From Lama glama (taxonomy: Eukaryota): a DNA stretch of 60,000 nt. The notes under the pieces were generated by a model. That model was not told the DNA's origin. It was given only the letters and a program-made list of their open reading frames with translations, and searched no databases. Position 1 is the first letter of the stretch. Each line of letters starts with the position of its first letter. Positions 38,830-52,728 of the stretch are shown piece by piece. The DNA is taken from the NCBI GenBank assembly GCA_028534125.1, contig CM052817.1, forward strand, positions 56,918,001-56,978,000, read 5' to 3'. A program made the translations under genes and the position numbers.

Positions 38830-39066
38830 TATTAGAGTGAAAAAAATTAATGGGCTCTGCAGCCTGACTGATCAATGTTTGAAATCCCTATCATTTTCTA
38901 ATTGTATAAACCTGGGCAAGTTATTGAAACTCTCCGTCTCAGGGGTTTTTGTTTGTTTGTTTGTTTTGGTTTCATAACGTAACTGAAAAAACAAACCAGA
39001 CTGTTGTGAGAATTGGATTAGGTAACACATAGCACAGTGCCTGAAACATAGTTGGTACTCAGTGAG
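38830..39066 (+). mobile_element. MIR SINE
   Basis: cctgggcaagttattgaaactctccgtctcag...ttgtgagaattgga...tagcacagtgcctgaaacatag. Confidence 0.88.
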
Positions 39067-41378
39067 CAAGAGAACTCTCCCTACCACCACTTCAAATAAG
39101 GCACTATCTGTCTCAACTTAACATATTATTTGGTGCTTCCCAGGTTTCATTCGGAGGGGGAGGAAACACTGATCCTGCTTTCCATCTAAGAATGGCATGC
39201 AAATATGCAGCAGTAGGAAATTCTTTAGCCCACACAAATCAACTGGCTTCAGCTAAGGTTGTATCCACTTCTGAAAGTCAGATATGTCTGGTCACGTCTA
39301 GTGAACCAGAAGGGTGACCCAATCAAGATATGGTTATATGGGAGCTGTAGCTCATTGCTGAGGCTATGATGAGTCTATGGATGAACATGCATTGACTTGG
39401 TAAAGGAGGTCTGTCAAGTCAGTTTGTGTGGGGGCTGCAGAAACTCAGGGATGGTCATTTATTCCAAGGGTACAAGGAAGAAGGCACAATGAAATGACCT
39501 GGTGACAAAGCCAGGGATGGAGTGTTGATTCACTGTAGCTATCAATCAAACCTATCTGTAGACTGGTCCCATGATTTTATCTGGATTCTAGCTTAGAGAG
39601 AGAAATATCTCTAAGTTAGTATCTCTCTACAAGAGTTTTTTAATATTGTAGATTGATGAACAAGAGCACTATGGAAACGCTGAAACAATCTAACAAAGAG
39701 GAAAGAGACCTTCTTTCCCAATTCATCAATTTGGGTACTTCAAGGCCTGTAGTGCATCAGTTGCAGTACCTGATCCAACAGGAACAGCACCCCTTGAGAC
39801 CCTGGAATCTGGTAGAAAAGTAGCAAACCTAGACAGTAGGACAGTAATGCCAGGCTGAAGACTCTGCCTTTGCCTGGCATGTCAAGAAATAATAACACTC
39901 TGGCTATCGTGGCTATTATTATAGCTCCATCTCCAGCCCCAAGTTGGCGAAGTCTGGCAAAACTGGGACATTTTCCAGTGTGCTTCAAGTTTGATATTAT
40001 ACCCATTGTCAAGTCTCCCTTTCTGTACTCTCTCTAATCTTCCCCCGACCCCACAAAAAAGGAATAGGAAAAAAAGTGAAGCAGTTGAGGGTTTCCATTT
40101 TTAATTTGGGGAGTTTTTGTATATGTGGCTAATTAAATTTCTAGCCATTCATTTAAAGTAACCCAGACGAGGTTGTACAGTTGTTTATCATCATAGAATC
40201 TTGTTTTTTAAAAAGCCAGGCATTCACAGTCTATTTTTCTCAGCAAAAAGTCTGAATTACCAAGAAACTGAGTGCCTTGCAAAGTACTTCACTAGTGAGA
40301 AGATATAACCCATGCTTTTCTGATCGTCATCCAGCAAGCTGTCAACTAAACAATACAGCTTTTCCAAACAATTATTTTTAAGCAGGAGCTGAAATCTCAG
40401 CAATTAGCTCTTTTTGGTGAGATACTGTTTGTTAACTTTGAGGGTGCAACCTCTGGTAATTTATTAACTTACATTACATTTATGTTTACAGTATCACTCA
40501 TCTGCTCTTAACAAATCTTGCCCGTGAAGGATGTAAGAGCACAAGTAACTTCAGGCAGCCTTCAGATTTCTCCTGCCTTATGTTTTATTCAGTCAATCAA
40601 CTTGGCTGCCATTCTATATTCCTAAAATACAAGATGTACAGCAACCTTGCAGACAGCTAGAAAGGATGCACACACCCTCTAAGCCCCAGGGTGTATCAGG
40701 GAGGGATTGACTCAAACCAACAAGTCTCATATCCCTTAAGCCCTTTAAAGTCATAGGGTGACATTTCTCCTAGTGTCAGGAGCCCTTAGAACATGCTGAA
40801 TTAGCAGTACAACTTAATGAGGATTAGGCTAACTTGACAGAAGATGTAGGACACCTTCTCTACACCTCCTCACTTTAGTTTCAATCTGATATCCAGTAGC
40901 TAAAGGTGAAGGAATGAGTGACCTTTACCAGCAACTTTGAGTCTCCGAGTTGATAGAGCAAAATTGCTCTTTCTCAGATGTCAGAGTAACCACAATGCAT
41001 GATGTTGATAGGGGTCAAACTGCCCAAGATATATATTTTCATTCACCTCCTTAGAGATTCAACCTGACAAAACTGTAATAGCTTATTGAGTTTCAAATGA
41101 CAATGACATACTGGGTATTTTCAAGCACTTTAATTTTTCTTACTTCCTGTGCCTGGTTAGAAAAGAAGTCATTATCCCACAAAATTATAATCCTGCAACA
41201 TTTCAAAATAATTTTTTCATTGCATGTAATTTTATAATACAGTTGTCCACCTCCCTGTATGTGTATATACTAGTATATTAAAGCCAACAAATGTATAAAG
41301 TTTAAAGTTGCTTTTCCACAAGTTTAACTAGATCTATCTGGAGCTCTTTCTGTATAAACAAGCAACATGAATCTAGAT

Positions 41379-41690
41379 CAAGGGCCAGCAGACTTTCTGT
41401 AAAGGACCAGAGCATAGTTTCAGCTTTGCAGGCTATAAGTTCTCTGTTGCAATACTTCACTCTGCCCTTACGGCACAAAAGCAGCCAGAGACATTACATA
41501 AACAAGTACATGTGGCTTTGTTCCAGTAGAACTTTATTTGTGGGCACTAAAATTTGATTGTATATAACATTCTTGTCATGAAATATTCTTCTGTTGATTT
41601 TTTTCAATCATTTAAAAATGTAAAAACCATTCTTAGCTCATAGACCATATGAAAACAGGGGGTGGGCCAGGTTTGGTCCAAAGACATAGT
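41379..41690 (+). mobile_element. hAT-Charlie MITE MER58B
   Basis: ttctgtaaaggaccaga...aaagcagccagagaca...tgttccagtagaactttattt...aaaaaccattcttagctc. Confidence 0.88.
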
Positions 41691-41852
41691 CTAGCTAATA
41701 AGTTGTAAAAAGATATTCTGAATCTTCATCTTGTTGTTCAAATTCTCCAAGCTTTAGATAGCATTTAATAATACTGACATTTATCAAATGTAATAAACTC
41801 AGTATTTACAAAAGTTTTTAACCTACTGACACTTAGGGCCTGGAAAAATACT

Positions 41853-42016
41853 AGGTATGTCTCAACTCTAATGTGCACATGAATCACCCAGAGATCTTGT
41901 TAAAATGCAGATTCTCATCCAATAAATCTGGGGTGGGACCCAGATCCTACATTTCTAACAAGTTTTCAAGTGATGTCCATGCTTTTGATCCACAATGCAC
42001 ACTTTGGGTGGCAAAG
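41853..42016 (-). mobile_element. hAT-Charlie MITE MER5A-like
   Basis: gaatcacccagagatcttgttaaaatgcagattct...ctggggtgggacccag...catttctaacaag. Confidence 0.88.
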
Positions 42017-42059
42017 CTTAGAATGTAACAAAATTTAACTAAATATTCTAAGGTAAGGC

Positions 42060-42300
42060 AATTCCATCAAACCACAGTTATTTACTGAGGATCTACTATA
42101 TGTCCACTTCTGTGCTAGGTGCCAGGAGAGACTCAGAAAAATATAGAGAATATAATCCTTTCTCACAGGGAACTTACAATCAAGATAAGCACAAATGAAA
42201 CAAGAATAAATAAAAAGAGCTAAATTAAGGAGACTAAGTGATAAGGGAGTTCAGAGAAACAGAATGATGAATGAAATCCAACAGACTACAAGAGAATAGA
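42060..42300 (-). mobile_element. L2 3' fragment
   Basis: atttactgaggatctactatatgtcc...ctgtgctaggtgccaggaga. Confidence 0.65.
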
Positions 42301-43189
42301 TAAGCCTTTACCTAAACCACAAAGAACAAACAGTAAAAGAGAAAGGGAAATCTTAAGACAACATTAGTAAAGATATGAAACCAGAAATGCAGTGTTGGCT
42401 CTAGAAAGTCTGGCAAGGAAGTAGTTGCAGGAAGCCACTTGTTGGAAGGAGTGACATCTGATATTATTACTTAGATTATATGTTTATTTTATGCGGCTTG
42501 GGAAACTTAATGGAAATGGAAAGGAAGTTTGCCAAACCAAGATATGTCTTGGAGCCACTCTGTACCTCATAAGAAACCTTTTAAAGGTTTGGCTTCTTTC
42601 AAAGAGTGTTCCTTTAGGAATACAATTAGTTATCCTATATTACTATAGTTGAGTTGGAGCAGAAGCCAATAGCTTCAGCAGTTTACGGTGGGAAATGACG
42701 CATTTCAAGTTTTCAGTGCTAAGTATATTTATCAGGGCTGCCTTTCCTAATAAGCAGGGATTTAAGTATTACTCTCTGTCACTTAAGCAAATTTTTGCCT
42801 GAAATCCCACTTTTAGAAACTACTTATTTTAGATTAAGACCACATTTTTCAAACTTGGGATACATGGCAGCATGCACAGTATGGAAATTCATAGGGGAAA
42901 AAAACAGTGTATCTTCTGGAGGGTCAATTTCATTGACGTGGTGAAGATAAAAGTTAAACAATTTAATTATAACCTAAAAATGTTATTTTATACTAAACAT
43001 TGGCATATTATGAAATAGAATGCAATACCCACATGATTTCTTTTCAAATGATTAATCAAATTATTTCAAAGAAATATGGGGCTTGAGCCTAGAGCTCTGG
43101 GCTCCACTTTGAGAGGGTATGAGAGTGTAAGTTCATTTTCCTCAGTCTTAAGTAGTTCTTTCATGAAAGCCTTTGAAAAGATTTGGATT

Positions 43190-43480
43190 GATGTCCACCT
43201 ATGAATACTATACAGCAGTTAAAAATGAGGTACTAGAATACACATAACAATTTGGCTGGATCTTAAAAACATTCTACAAGTGAAAAAGGTATGAAGACAA
43301 ATGAGATCTAGTACATAGTATACCATTTACATAAATTAAAATACTTGCAAATAAAACAGAAATACATACTCTACAAGAATACAAAGAAAAAGGTAACACA
43401 TTAAATACATTAGAGTGGCAACTGTTGGAGTATGGGAAATGGGACTAGAAAAAGACTAAACAAGTAAGTAAATAAGAGAG
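43190..43480 (+). mobile_element. Old L1 3' end (L1ME-like)
   Basis: gaatactatacagcagttaaaaatgagg...ggatcttaaaaacat...ataccatttacataaattaaaa. Confidence 0.75.
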
Positions 43481-43673
43481 AACTTGCATATGTAAGAAAT
43501 TATTATAATTAAATCAAACCTCTGAACTTAAGATTCAGAAGACTAATGGGTTAAGTCATCACCAACAATAAAGCTTTTCTTTATAAATGAAGATATCTTC
43601 CAATATCTGACATTAAATCTTTGTTAACAGCCACTTAAAGAGGTCAAGGAAGGAACTTAGCAATATCAGTTTG

Positions 43674-43726
43674 TAGGAGGAAGACAGTTTTCAGACTTTC
43701 TAGGGGGAAGACAGTTTTCAGACTTT
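43674..43726. repeat. 27-bp tandem duplication
   Basis: taggaggaagacagttttcagactttc followed by tagggggaagacagttttcagacttt. Confidence 0.9.
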
Positions 43727-45721
43727 GACCTGTTTGCCCCTCGATCCAATCTCCTAACCATTGAGGGTGGTGTAAGGTCAGGACTCAGCATGGTAGAGAT
43801 AATGACCCAGTGTAGGGAAAGGCTTTACTGAAAAAGCAGAGGAGAGAAGGGAGGTGGGGGAGATACGAGAAGGCACTGAAGAAAACTGAACCTTTCACAA
43901 CCTAGTCCTTAGCCAGTCTTTAAAGTTTATGATTGTTTTTTAAGTTCAGCTATAATTTATCTGCAGCTCCTTATGAACAACTAAACAGCATTATTTTCCC
44001 TCCTGCCATTTAACTGAGAAAATAGGGTTTTTTGTTGTTGTTGTTTTCATAGGGACCTTTTAAGAGAACGTTCTTGGGCCCACCACTAGAAGTTCCAAGT
44101 GCCTGGCCTACAGTTTTGTTGTTTGACACCTTAAGAAGCCTTGAAAAATAGCTTACTATCTATAGTTAAGTTCATTACAATTCTTTTTTTTTTCTAAAGG
44201 AAAATTACACTTACTTGTTAAGATACGGGAAGGATCAAAAAGTTAGTGTCTGTATGGTGCTTTGACAAGAAGCACCATGTGTGTCAAGGAATCACTTCAG
44301 AGAGCTCCTGTCGCATTTTCTTATTTTCACTTTTTATGACAACCTCATCCCTTGGCTTGGAATTTGAGTTTCTTGATGTTGATGATAATTACTTATGCAG
44401 ATCTACCTAAATGACTATAAGGAGGTCTCTCTTCAGTTTTGGGGGAGACTTAATAGTGTTTTCTATGTTTTTATGTCACTTTGGTCACAAGGCAAGGGCA
44501 TGCAGTTCAGCAGAGCACTTAACTGGTAAGGGAGGCACAAGTTCCATTATAAAATTCAGTTTGTGGGTTTCTGCTTTGTTTATCCATGTTAGTAATCATA
44601 CAACTTGGTCAGTATAAAGAATATTTTATGGAAATCTCTCCAGCATGTTCATCAAAGAATTTTGGCTTGTATGCATTTTCTCTTTCATTGTTGCAGTTTT
44701 GGTTTTGCTTTTAACTTAGCACCATTTGATATCCAAAATGCCATGTGTGTTTTTGCACTTTTGAAAAAAAATTACAGCCTAGAATAAATGGTATGGAACT
44801 ACTAAAGATTCAAATACTGCTAAAAAATAAGTGATTTAGAAAGTCTAACTTTCTAAACTTGGAAGACAATCTCCAGTAATGAACAAAAAAAGGTAGTAAA
44901 ATAGTTTTTTCAAATTGCTTAGTTTTTAACACTAAAATCTATAAAAATACATTCACTGATATTTCTATCCTAGAAAGATACAATAAACATTTAAAATTCT
45001 TTAACTGATTATAATACTTTCATCATAGTGTATCTATGATTTACTTAAGGAAAACAGACTTCTTAAAGAAATGGATTAAAGGCCAGCATATACTTGAAAA
45101 AAATAAGTTCTATTTTTTAATAATATACATGGCCAAAAATAATTCTTTATGGATTGAATTACATAGAATATTAACATTCAATATTTCACAAGGGGAAAAA
45201 AATGGCAAGTAGATTTTCAATTGACATTTCTGAAGCATGTGTCTTTCTGTCAAATGTGAAGTGAACAGGGCAAATCATAATTAAAGTTTCACATTTGGCT
45301 AATCTGAGAACATCATTTTGAAACAACATTATCAGTCGATAATCTGTCTATCTCCTGTTTCCCCAAAATTTCGTACTTTTCAACATCACAAATGCTCCAA
45401 GTTGAGCAGAATGGTAAGCTACTGGCACTGACTGACATTTATGCATTAAACATCTACACATATGAAATAATTCTCTCATTATTTCTTTAGTGATTCAACC
45501 TTTCATGTCAATTTGCTTTCCTTAATTGCTTTTTTGTTTAGCTTCTGAGACTTTTCAAAGCTACTCATAGAATGAAGCAACATTTAAAGATGTTTGTCAT
45601 CTTAAATAGCTCCTTTTTTCACTTGTTTAACACTTAGAAGCTGAAAGAAATTTCAACATATTAACTAAACACTGTGGTTTTAATAGATTTAATTAAAAGG
45701 GATATTGCTTGGGGACTTAAC

Positions 45722-46680
45722 CACTCAGTCACCCATTCATCCAAACATCCAACAAAAAATTTTGACCTCTTATATGACATTATACTAAGACAATAAAACA
45801 TGATTCCTACCCTTAAGGATTTCCAAATCTAGTAGAAAAAAATACGTTAACAATAATTACAATGAAGTCTGAGAAATACTGTAATAGATTTGCAAAAAGA
45901 AGAGGAAATAGGAATGAAAATTCTACCAGTGTTGGAAGGAATGCTCAAGAGGTTTTTAGATGCAATAACAACCTATGGATGTAGTGGCTTTTTTCCCTAG
46001 GATATAGACTGTGTTTTTCATCCTATCACTTAAGATTCAACTCTGACTTTAGACAATAAGATTCTAGAAGAGAAGATTAAAAAGACAGTTGTAGCACTTC
46101 AAAAAGAGCCCTCTCATAGAGATTACTGAAACTGATCATTCAATTTTACCTTTTTGATGGTCCAAAATAGTTTTTTCCATTAATTTGAAGATAAATAAAA
46201 CAGCCCCTACTTCAAGAACTTCACAGTTTAGCTGGATAGAGATTCTTATACAACTAATCATAATTTAATTCTAAATGCAAATAAATATAAAAGCACAAGG
46301 AATAAACATGATACTCTTTTCAGGATAAAAAGGCAAATGTATGTATTCTGGTAAATAGATTACATCATGAGGAAAAACATAAGATGAACTTGGAAAAGCA
46401 GAATGGAGGCAGAATGGAGGATCTTGTATGCCAAGGTAAGAGATTTCCACTTTATTCCATAATCATCTAGAAGTAAAAATTTTAATTATTGGAGTGATGT
46501 CATGATATGTTTTTAAAAGATAATTTTGGTAGAGGTAGAGGATAAATTGAAGAATTAAGAGATCAGTGTACGAAAGCACAATAAGGAAGCTCTTGTGATG
46601 AGGAACTGAACTAGACTAATGACAGTGAGCATGGAGAAGTAAAGAATTTAAGAAACATTCCTAAAGGGGTTGGTGTCTGA
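45722..46680 (-). mobile_element. Diverged L2 fragments
   Basis: cattcatccaaacatccaac...cctacccttaaggatttccaaatctagtag; cttgtatgccaaggtaagagattt...ttttaaaagataattttgg. Confidence 0.55.
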
Positions 46681-46889
46681 TAGGGTTTAAACAGGTTGAT
46701 GCGTCTTTTAAAATCAGGGATGGGGTAACTCAGGTAGACTAGAAGTCCTGCAGGAAAGCATTCCTAGTTCCCCATGGAGCAGGAATCATTCTAGGCAAAG
46801 CAGGAATGCTGGGAATATGGTCTACAGAAATGGCCAGTACGTCATGGTTTTGAAAAAACATAGGAAAAACGATGAAAGTAACAACCACT

Positions 46890-47335
46890 TTCCCAAATGC
46901 TTAGGATACTACGCTAACTGCCTCATGTACATATCTTATAAAATCCTTGTAACAACAACGAAGAAGAAATAACTCCCCTCATTTTACAGAGAAGGAAATC
47001 TATGCACAGACAAATCAAATGACCTGCTAAAATGCCATGGCTAGCACACAGCAGAGCTGAATTTGAAGACCTAGATTTGCCTGACTGTAAAGCAGGGGTT
47101 GGCCCATGGGCCAAATCTGGCCTACCACCTGTTTTTGTAAACAAATTTTTATAGGAGAACAGCCATGCTCATTCATTTACATATGGTCTATCTATGCTTT
47201 CATTCTACTTAAGCAGAGTTGAACAGTTGCAAGAAAAACCATATGGCCACAAAGCCTAAAATATTTACCATCTGGCCCTTTACATAGAAAGTTTGCCCAC
47301 CTCTGCTCTAAAATCCTCACTCATAACCACTAAAC
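46890..47335 (-). mobile_element. MIR SINE split by MER58A
   Basis: cctcattttacagagaaggaaatc...atttgaagacctagatttgcctgact; resumes ...cataaccact after the MITE. Confidence 0.75.
47093..47305 (-). mobile_element. hAT-Charlie MITE MER58A
   Basis: caggggttgg...gggccaaatctggcctaccacctgtttttgtaaa...aaagtttgcccacctctg; 8-bp TSD remnant ctgtaaag/ctctaaaa. Confidence 0.92.
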
Positions 47336-47859
47336 AAACATATATGTATTGAGTATCTGCTATGTTCCAGGCAATGAGCCGGACATTATTCCTTACAGCC
47401 ATCCAGAAAAGTTATAGAAGTAACAACAATAGGAATGCTCTTGACTCTAAACCCTTGACATGTAATAAACTGCCCATCGTGACACTCCTCATCTTGAATG
47501 GCACTGCAGGCAAACCAGGCCATAAATAAAAGAGAGAGCCGTGGTTTCACTATTGCTGTTTCTGTACTTGATTCAAGATATGTGGTAAGCCCTTGAGATT
47601 TGTAAGAAATGTCACCCAAATCCTTCATAGGCCCTCAAACTGTCAAATATAGCTATGGCAAAAATTAGACTGCATCAAGTATAATTGAACATTTTAAATA
47701 ACATCCACAGATCAATCCTCATTCTATAAATACAAGGTTATCAATGCATTCTGTAAGTAAAATAAATTAACAAATTGTATCCTTTTTAATAGGATATTAA
47801 AATGGGACTTCAATTTCAGTAGAAGTACCAGTATTTAGCAAAGCAAGTATGAGTAGACT

Positions 47860-48882
47860 ATACTAAGGGGAATTTACAAGGAAATGCTCAGAGCCTGTTT
47901 CCTGACTCTTGTGCCCTTTACTCATGAGCACTTCATGCACTCTAGGAAAAAGGAGCAAGAGAGGGAAGTGGAGGAGAGGGGCTTTTGAGATGGAAAATTC
48001 TTTGGAGATGGCTGTGTTTTGAGCCCCAACCTCTTGTCTCATCATAAGGAGTTGTCACTAGGAAGGATCTAAAGGGAGGATCTAAAAATGACTTGAGGGA
48101 GAGTCAAATCTAAGCAGTGATCAACCTCAGAGACCACAAAAATAATCTCTTAAGTCACAAGTACTAGTTCAGTACAAGTAAGAAAATTCTTGCCCTCAGT
48201 TCAGTTGCTGTGCAACTAGTTACCCTAAATTTAGTGACATAACACAACAGTAACTTTATTAAGCTCACAGATTCTGTCAGACAGGGCACAGTAGGGATAG
48301 CTTATTTCTGCTCCATGTTATCTGGACCCTCAGCTGGGAAGATTCAAATAACAAGGTGTTTCAAACATCACGTCTCTTGACCAAGATAGTCACAAACCTA
48401 CCAGGATCCTAAGGCATTGCATACTTACCCTACCCCTGAGTAAGAAGAGTAGTAAAGAATTAGTAGTCACATAACGAAACCACAACAACCCTCCTTTCCT
48501 CTCCTCTCTCTCCATGCACCCCTCCCAGAGGGGCGTGAAACTTTATTTACTCAGCTGGCATAGAAGTAGGAAAAGAGAGAGAAGGGCTGCCTTCCTCTCC
48601 TATTGTAGATGACTTGCTCACAGACATGCAGATGGTCTGACTAGAGGACTGCAAAAGCTTGACTTAAAACAAGTTCAAAGTTTTGATGATTAGCAAAGGC
48701 AGGGCATTCTAATTTCTGAAGTAAGTGTAACTTAAAACTGCCTATTATCCTACATATACAAGAAAAGCTAGGGAACATCACCAAGCTTTCATATAGAAAT
48801 AAAATTTATGGGGCAATGAGAGAACAATGAAGTCATGCTTTGATCATACTGTACAGTCAGGTTTTTCATCAAATTGGTTACA
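47860..48882 (+). mobile_element. Ancient long LTR (LTR78/79-like) with nested MLT1
   Basis: 3' part caagttcaaagttttgat...cattctaatttctgaa...ends aattggttaca; similar character to 24500-24790. Confidence 0.35.
48198..48485 (-). mobile_element. MaLR LTR (MLT1-type), internally deleted
   Basis: ttgctgtgcaactagttaccctaaatttagtgac...ctcacagattctgt...ctgctccatgttatctgg. Confidence 0.7.
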
Positions 48883-49316
48883 TACAGCATTACTACGGTA
48901 ATACTAACCATAAACTTACACAAAATTACAAAACTGGACTGGCGGTGATATATTAAAATAGTTGCTGTTTACTGCATGAAGTCTGTAAACGGAGACCACA
49001 CTGAAATACATCTACCTTTGTAGCAAGATGAAATAAGGAGATCAAAGTTCAGCAAGACCCTCTGACCTTATGGGGAGTCACTGGCATCAATACTGGTAAA
49101 GAAGTGATGAAATAAATGATACAGACATTAAGAGAAACTTCTGAAGCAGAGTGTGAAGGACCAGCCAAAGGAGCACGAGCAGATGAAAAGAACATGATGA
49201 CTGACAACTTTATTTCCCTGTATATGTCTCTGTGACCCAGTGGAGGTTTTGAATGGAGGAGTGACATAAAATGATTTACGTTTTAGAATTTTTATCATGA
49301 TTGCTGTGTGGAGGGG

Positions 49317-49320
<4 letters not shown>

Positions 49321-49362
<42 letters not shown>
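49321..49362. repeat. (TG)21 microsatellite within diverged L2 sequence
   Basis: Perfect TG run seen directly. Confidence 0.97.
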
Positions 49363-49364
<2 letters not shown>

Positions 49365-52165
49365 GGGGCTGTGGAGGACAAGATGTAGAGGTAAGCAAAA
49401 GTCAAAAAAGTTAAGAAGCTTTGAGAATGGTTCAGGAAAAAGATAGTGTTAGTTGGGACTAGGGTAGTAGCAATGGGCATAGTGAGAAGAGATAACAAGG
49501 AAAATGTTGTGAAATGGGCAGAATGTGGATATATGTTGGAGAGAAAGCTAAAGGATATGCTGACTGAGGAGATGATTTACAGTGTGATGTTTGTGGCACT
49601 CCTAAAGAAAAAATTCGATGGGGGATGAACAACAGGTGTTACTTTCCAACGGGTGAGATGAGTCTAACTAAGCATTAGCGCATGTGAAAATTTTTATAGG
49701 GTAGTTTAGTTAATAATATTTATAGCAATTAATACTTTAATAATAATTTTGTAGGTTAAAGCACTATCCCATAAATCCTTTCACTTGGTCTCTGAAATAA
49801 TTCTGACTATGCTCATTAAAGTGAAGCCAAATAAATAAATTTTAGTCTTTGATAGAGAACACAGAGGCAGAGAAGGAACTAGACAGTTTTGCTTTCTCTC
49901 TGCCCTCTTGACATTATATTATCTTCCCTGAGTTTGAATCTATCTCTTTCTTATTTTTCAGCTTGCTCCAAACATAGCTTTTAGGATATCTGTAGTCATT
50001 AGCATTTCTCACAAAGTCTTTTTGGACTTCAGCTTTGACCTTGTTCTTCAGATATGTGCCACTCTTTTGTGTTTGTCCTTGGCATGTGCCTCTTTTATAC
50101 ATGATCTTTTTATGTCTGAGCTCAAAGAGCTCTCTATACAGACACATTGATCTCTTTCAATGTTTCCTCAACTTCCTTCTTGAGATCATCTATGATTGTA
50201 CAGTAAAAGAAAAATCTTATTTTAGAACTCTTCATATCTATTTATTATATTTTCCCCTACACCTTCCAATATTTTCTCCAAGTTTTTGGAAATTTCTTTC
50301 TTAAAGTTGTGTTTTTTAGACTTGTTAATTCATCACTGAATTAGGTAAAATATTGTTAACCCTTTCAGAATTATATTTCTAACAGGGAATTGTTTTTGCT
50401 ATAAAGGCCTATAATTGGATTTTAGTGATAACTGGTCAACCACTGTCAGAGTTCAATTTTCCTGCTAGTATTGACACAAGAATAAAAATATACATACACA
50501 CAGAGTTAAAAGCAAAGACTTCAAAGAAATAGGACTCATTTTTCCAAAACACAACTAATCAGGATAACATTTAAATGTCTATAATATTTCTTCTCCCAAG
50601 TTTTCTTTCAATATAACAAGGTTCTTTTTTTTTTCAATATAAACCATATTGAAATGAGTGTTCTACCACGAGCAGAGTATTAACAAGACTGTCTGCCCTT
50701 AGATTTCAATCTCATTTCAACTAAAGTCAACTTTCACCAAACTCATTCAATATTTAATTTTTAAAGTTTTCTTGTTATCATTTACCCCAAAACTCCAGGA
50801 AATCCTGTGACCAGTGTTAATGATGATGTGCTCCAAATTGCATTATACATCTTCATTTCCTTTACCTTCATCTCAAATAAACTACTTAAAACATCTTCAT
50901 TCCTAGGTGATGTGTTGACAGTTTTACCTCTTACATTTTGGGGTTTTTTTCTCTCTTTTTAGATTTTAATTCTTTCCTATGCTCTGGAAGAATTACATGT
51001 GTTAATACTCATCTTTTACCCACTAATAAAAAATTTTCTAATTGACCCTTTGAGTTCAAAAACTTAAGATGTCAAAACAATAAACCAACTGAGATGCAGT
51101 AATTTTTTATTTCCCTTTTTATTTTCTTGAAAGTACAGAAAAGATAGTTGTCAGTTTCTATACTTTCCTCAAAAAGAGCTCCAAAAGAAAGCAATGTCAC
51201 CTAAAACATGTCTAATTTTCAAAAGCACAATTTAATATGCTCTATGTAGACATATATGTATATATATACATATATCTAGTTTATTGAAGGTTTGAGTTTC
51301 CAATATCTAGTAGTAAATCATTTTTGACAGGTTTTTCTTCCACTTATTTTAAGATACAGTAAAAATAATTTGACAAATAAACTAAATGATTATTTTAAAA
51401 ATACCTTCTACTTTCACAGTTGCCTTGAAAATGGGCAGGTTATACAGATAGGTAAAACTTAATAACCAATAACTCAGGATTTCTGTTCTGTTTCTGAACT
51501 ACAACTGCCATAAAAATATACTTTCCCACTTATGGTTACTGTGAGTAATCTATTATAAATGACAAAGAGGAAAATGGACATACTCCCTGGCCAAACATTT
51601 TCATCGCTGACAACAATAGAAATGTTGCTTCTAATAAGCCCTTGGGTATTGCTAGTACTCCACACCCAAAAGTAACTGCTCATAGATGGGGCTCGCCTGG
51701 CAGAAGATCCTTTAGGACTTCTTTTCTTCTTTTTTCTTAAATGATGATTACATAAAAATAGTTCAAATATTCCTCAGTAAATCATTTGTAAAAGACCAGG
51801 TATGTTTCCTATTCGGAAAAACTACCTGACAGGTAACAAGCTGCTGATCGAAGGAAAAAGATAAAGAAAGTAGCCTCCTGTAGAAGTTTATGGTGTAAAC
51901 TCTTTGGGGCTAGTAACTGTCCTAAAAAGGTGGCACCTTAGACTTATTTGTGACAGCATTCTATAGGCAATAGGTAGCCACTTGATAATCTAATTTCCAT
52001 ACACAGTTTTTAAACTGAACCCACTCATTATCTCTGACACAGGAGAGAGCTGCAGTTGGGGGAGAATTATACTCTCAAAATTTGCAAGGTGAGCTTCCAG
52101 CAAGTTCTCTACCTGGAGCCTTCCTCTGCTAACTTGACCATAACACCTTGGTGACCTGCACTACC

Positions 52166-52602
52166 TTTTTTTAAATTGAAGTACAGTTCACTTACAATAT
52201 TATATTAGTTTTGGGTATACAACAGAGATGCGATATTTTTATAGATTATACTCCATATACGGTTATTGTAAAATATTAGCTAAGTTCCCTGTACTGTACC
52301 TCATATCTTTGTAACTCATTTATTTTATAACTCATAGTTTGTACTTCTTAGTCCCCTTCACTTATCTTGCCCCTTTCCCACCTCTTTCCCCAGGAACCAC
52401 TAGTTCGTTCTCGGTGTCTATGAGTCTTTCTGTTTTTGTTATATTTGTTCATTTGTTTTATTTTTTTAGATTCCACATATAAATGAAAACATACAGAAGT
52501 TACCTTCATCCATCTGACTTATTTCACTAATACCCTCTAGGACTACCCATGTTGTCACAAATGGAAATTTTTTATCCATTTTTATGTTCCACTGTAAATA
52601 TC
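52166..52602 (-). mobile_element. 5'-truncated L1 3' end
   Basis: ttttaaattgaagtacagttcacttacaatatt...ttttagattccacatataaatga...ctgacttatttcact. Confidence 0.9.
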
Positions 52603-52728
52603 TTTTTAAGACTCAAATAGTGAGAACAAGAACAATGAGGGCCATATTATTTCTCCTCTAAATTACAATAAGATGTAGGTTTAAGATGCAAGATGAAGGC
52701 TTGGAGTAGAAATGTTGCCTGTGCCTGA

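Noticed and set aside
44209..44410. Strong minus-strand donor (AA|GTAAGT) with possible 192-nt exon and a 9-bp hairpin at 44254-44278
   Set aside because: Weak acceptor and stops in all three frames; a stem of this size is expected by chance
51735..51835. ATGATGA...CTGA spacing like a C/D-box snoRNA
   Set aside because: No terminal stem or recognisable rRNA-complementary guide; such short boxes are common in AT-rich DNA
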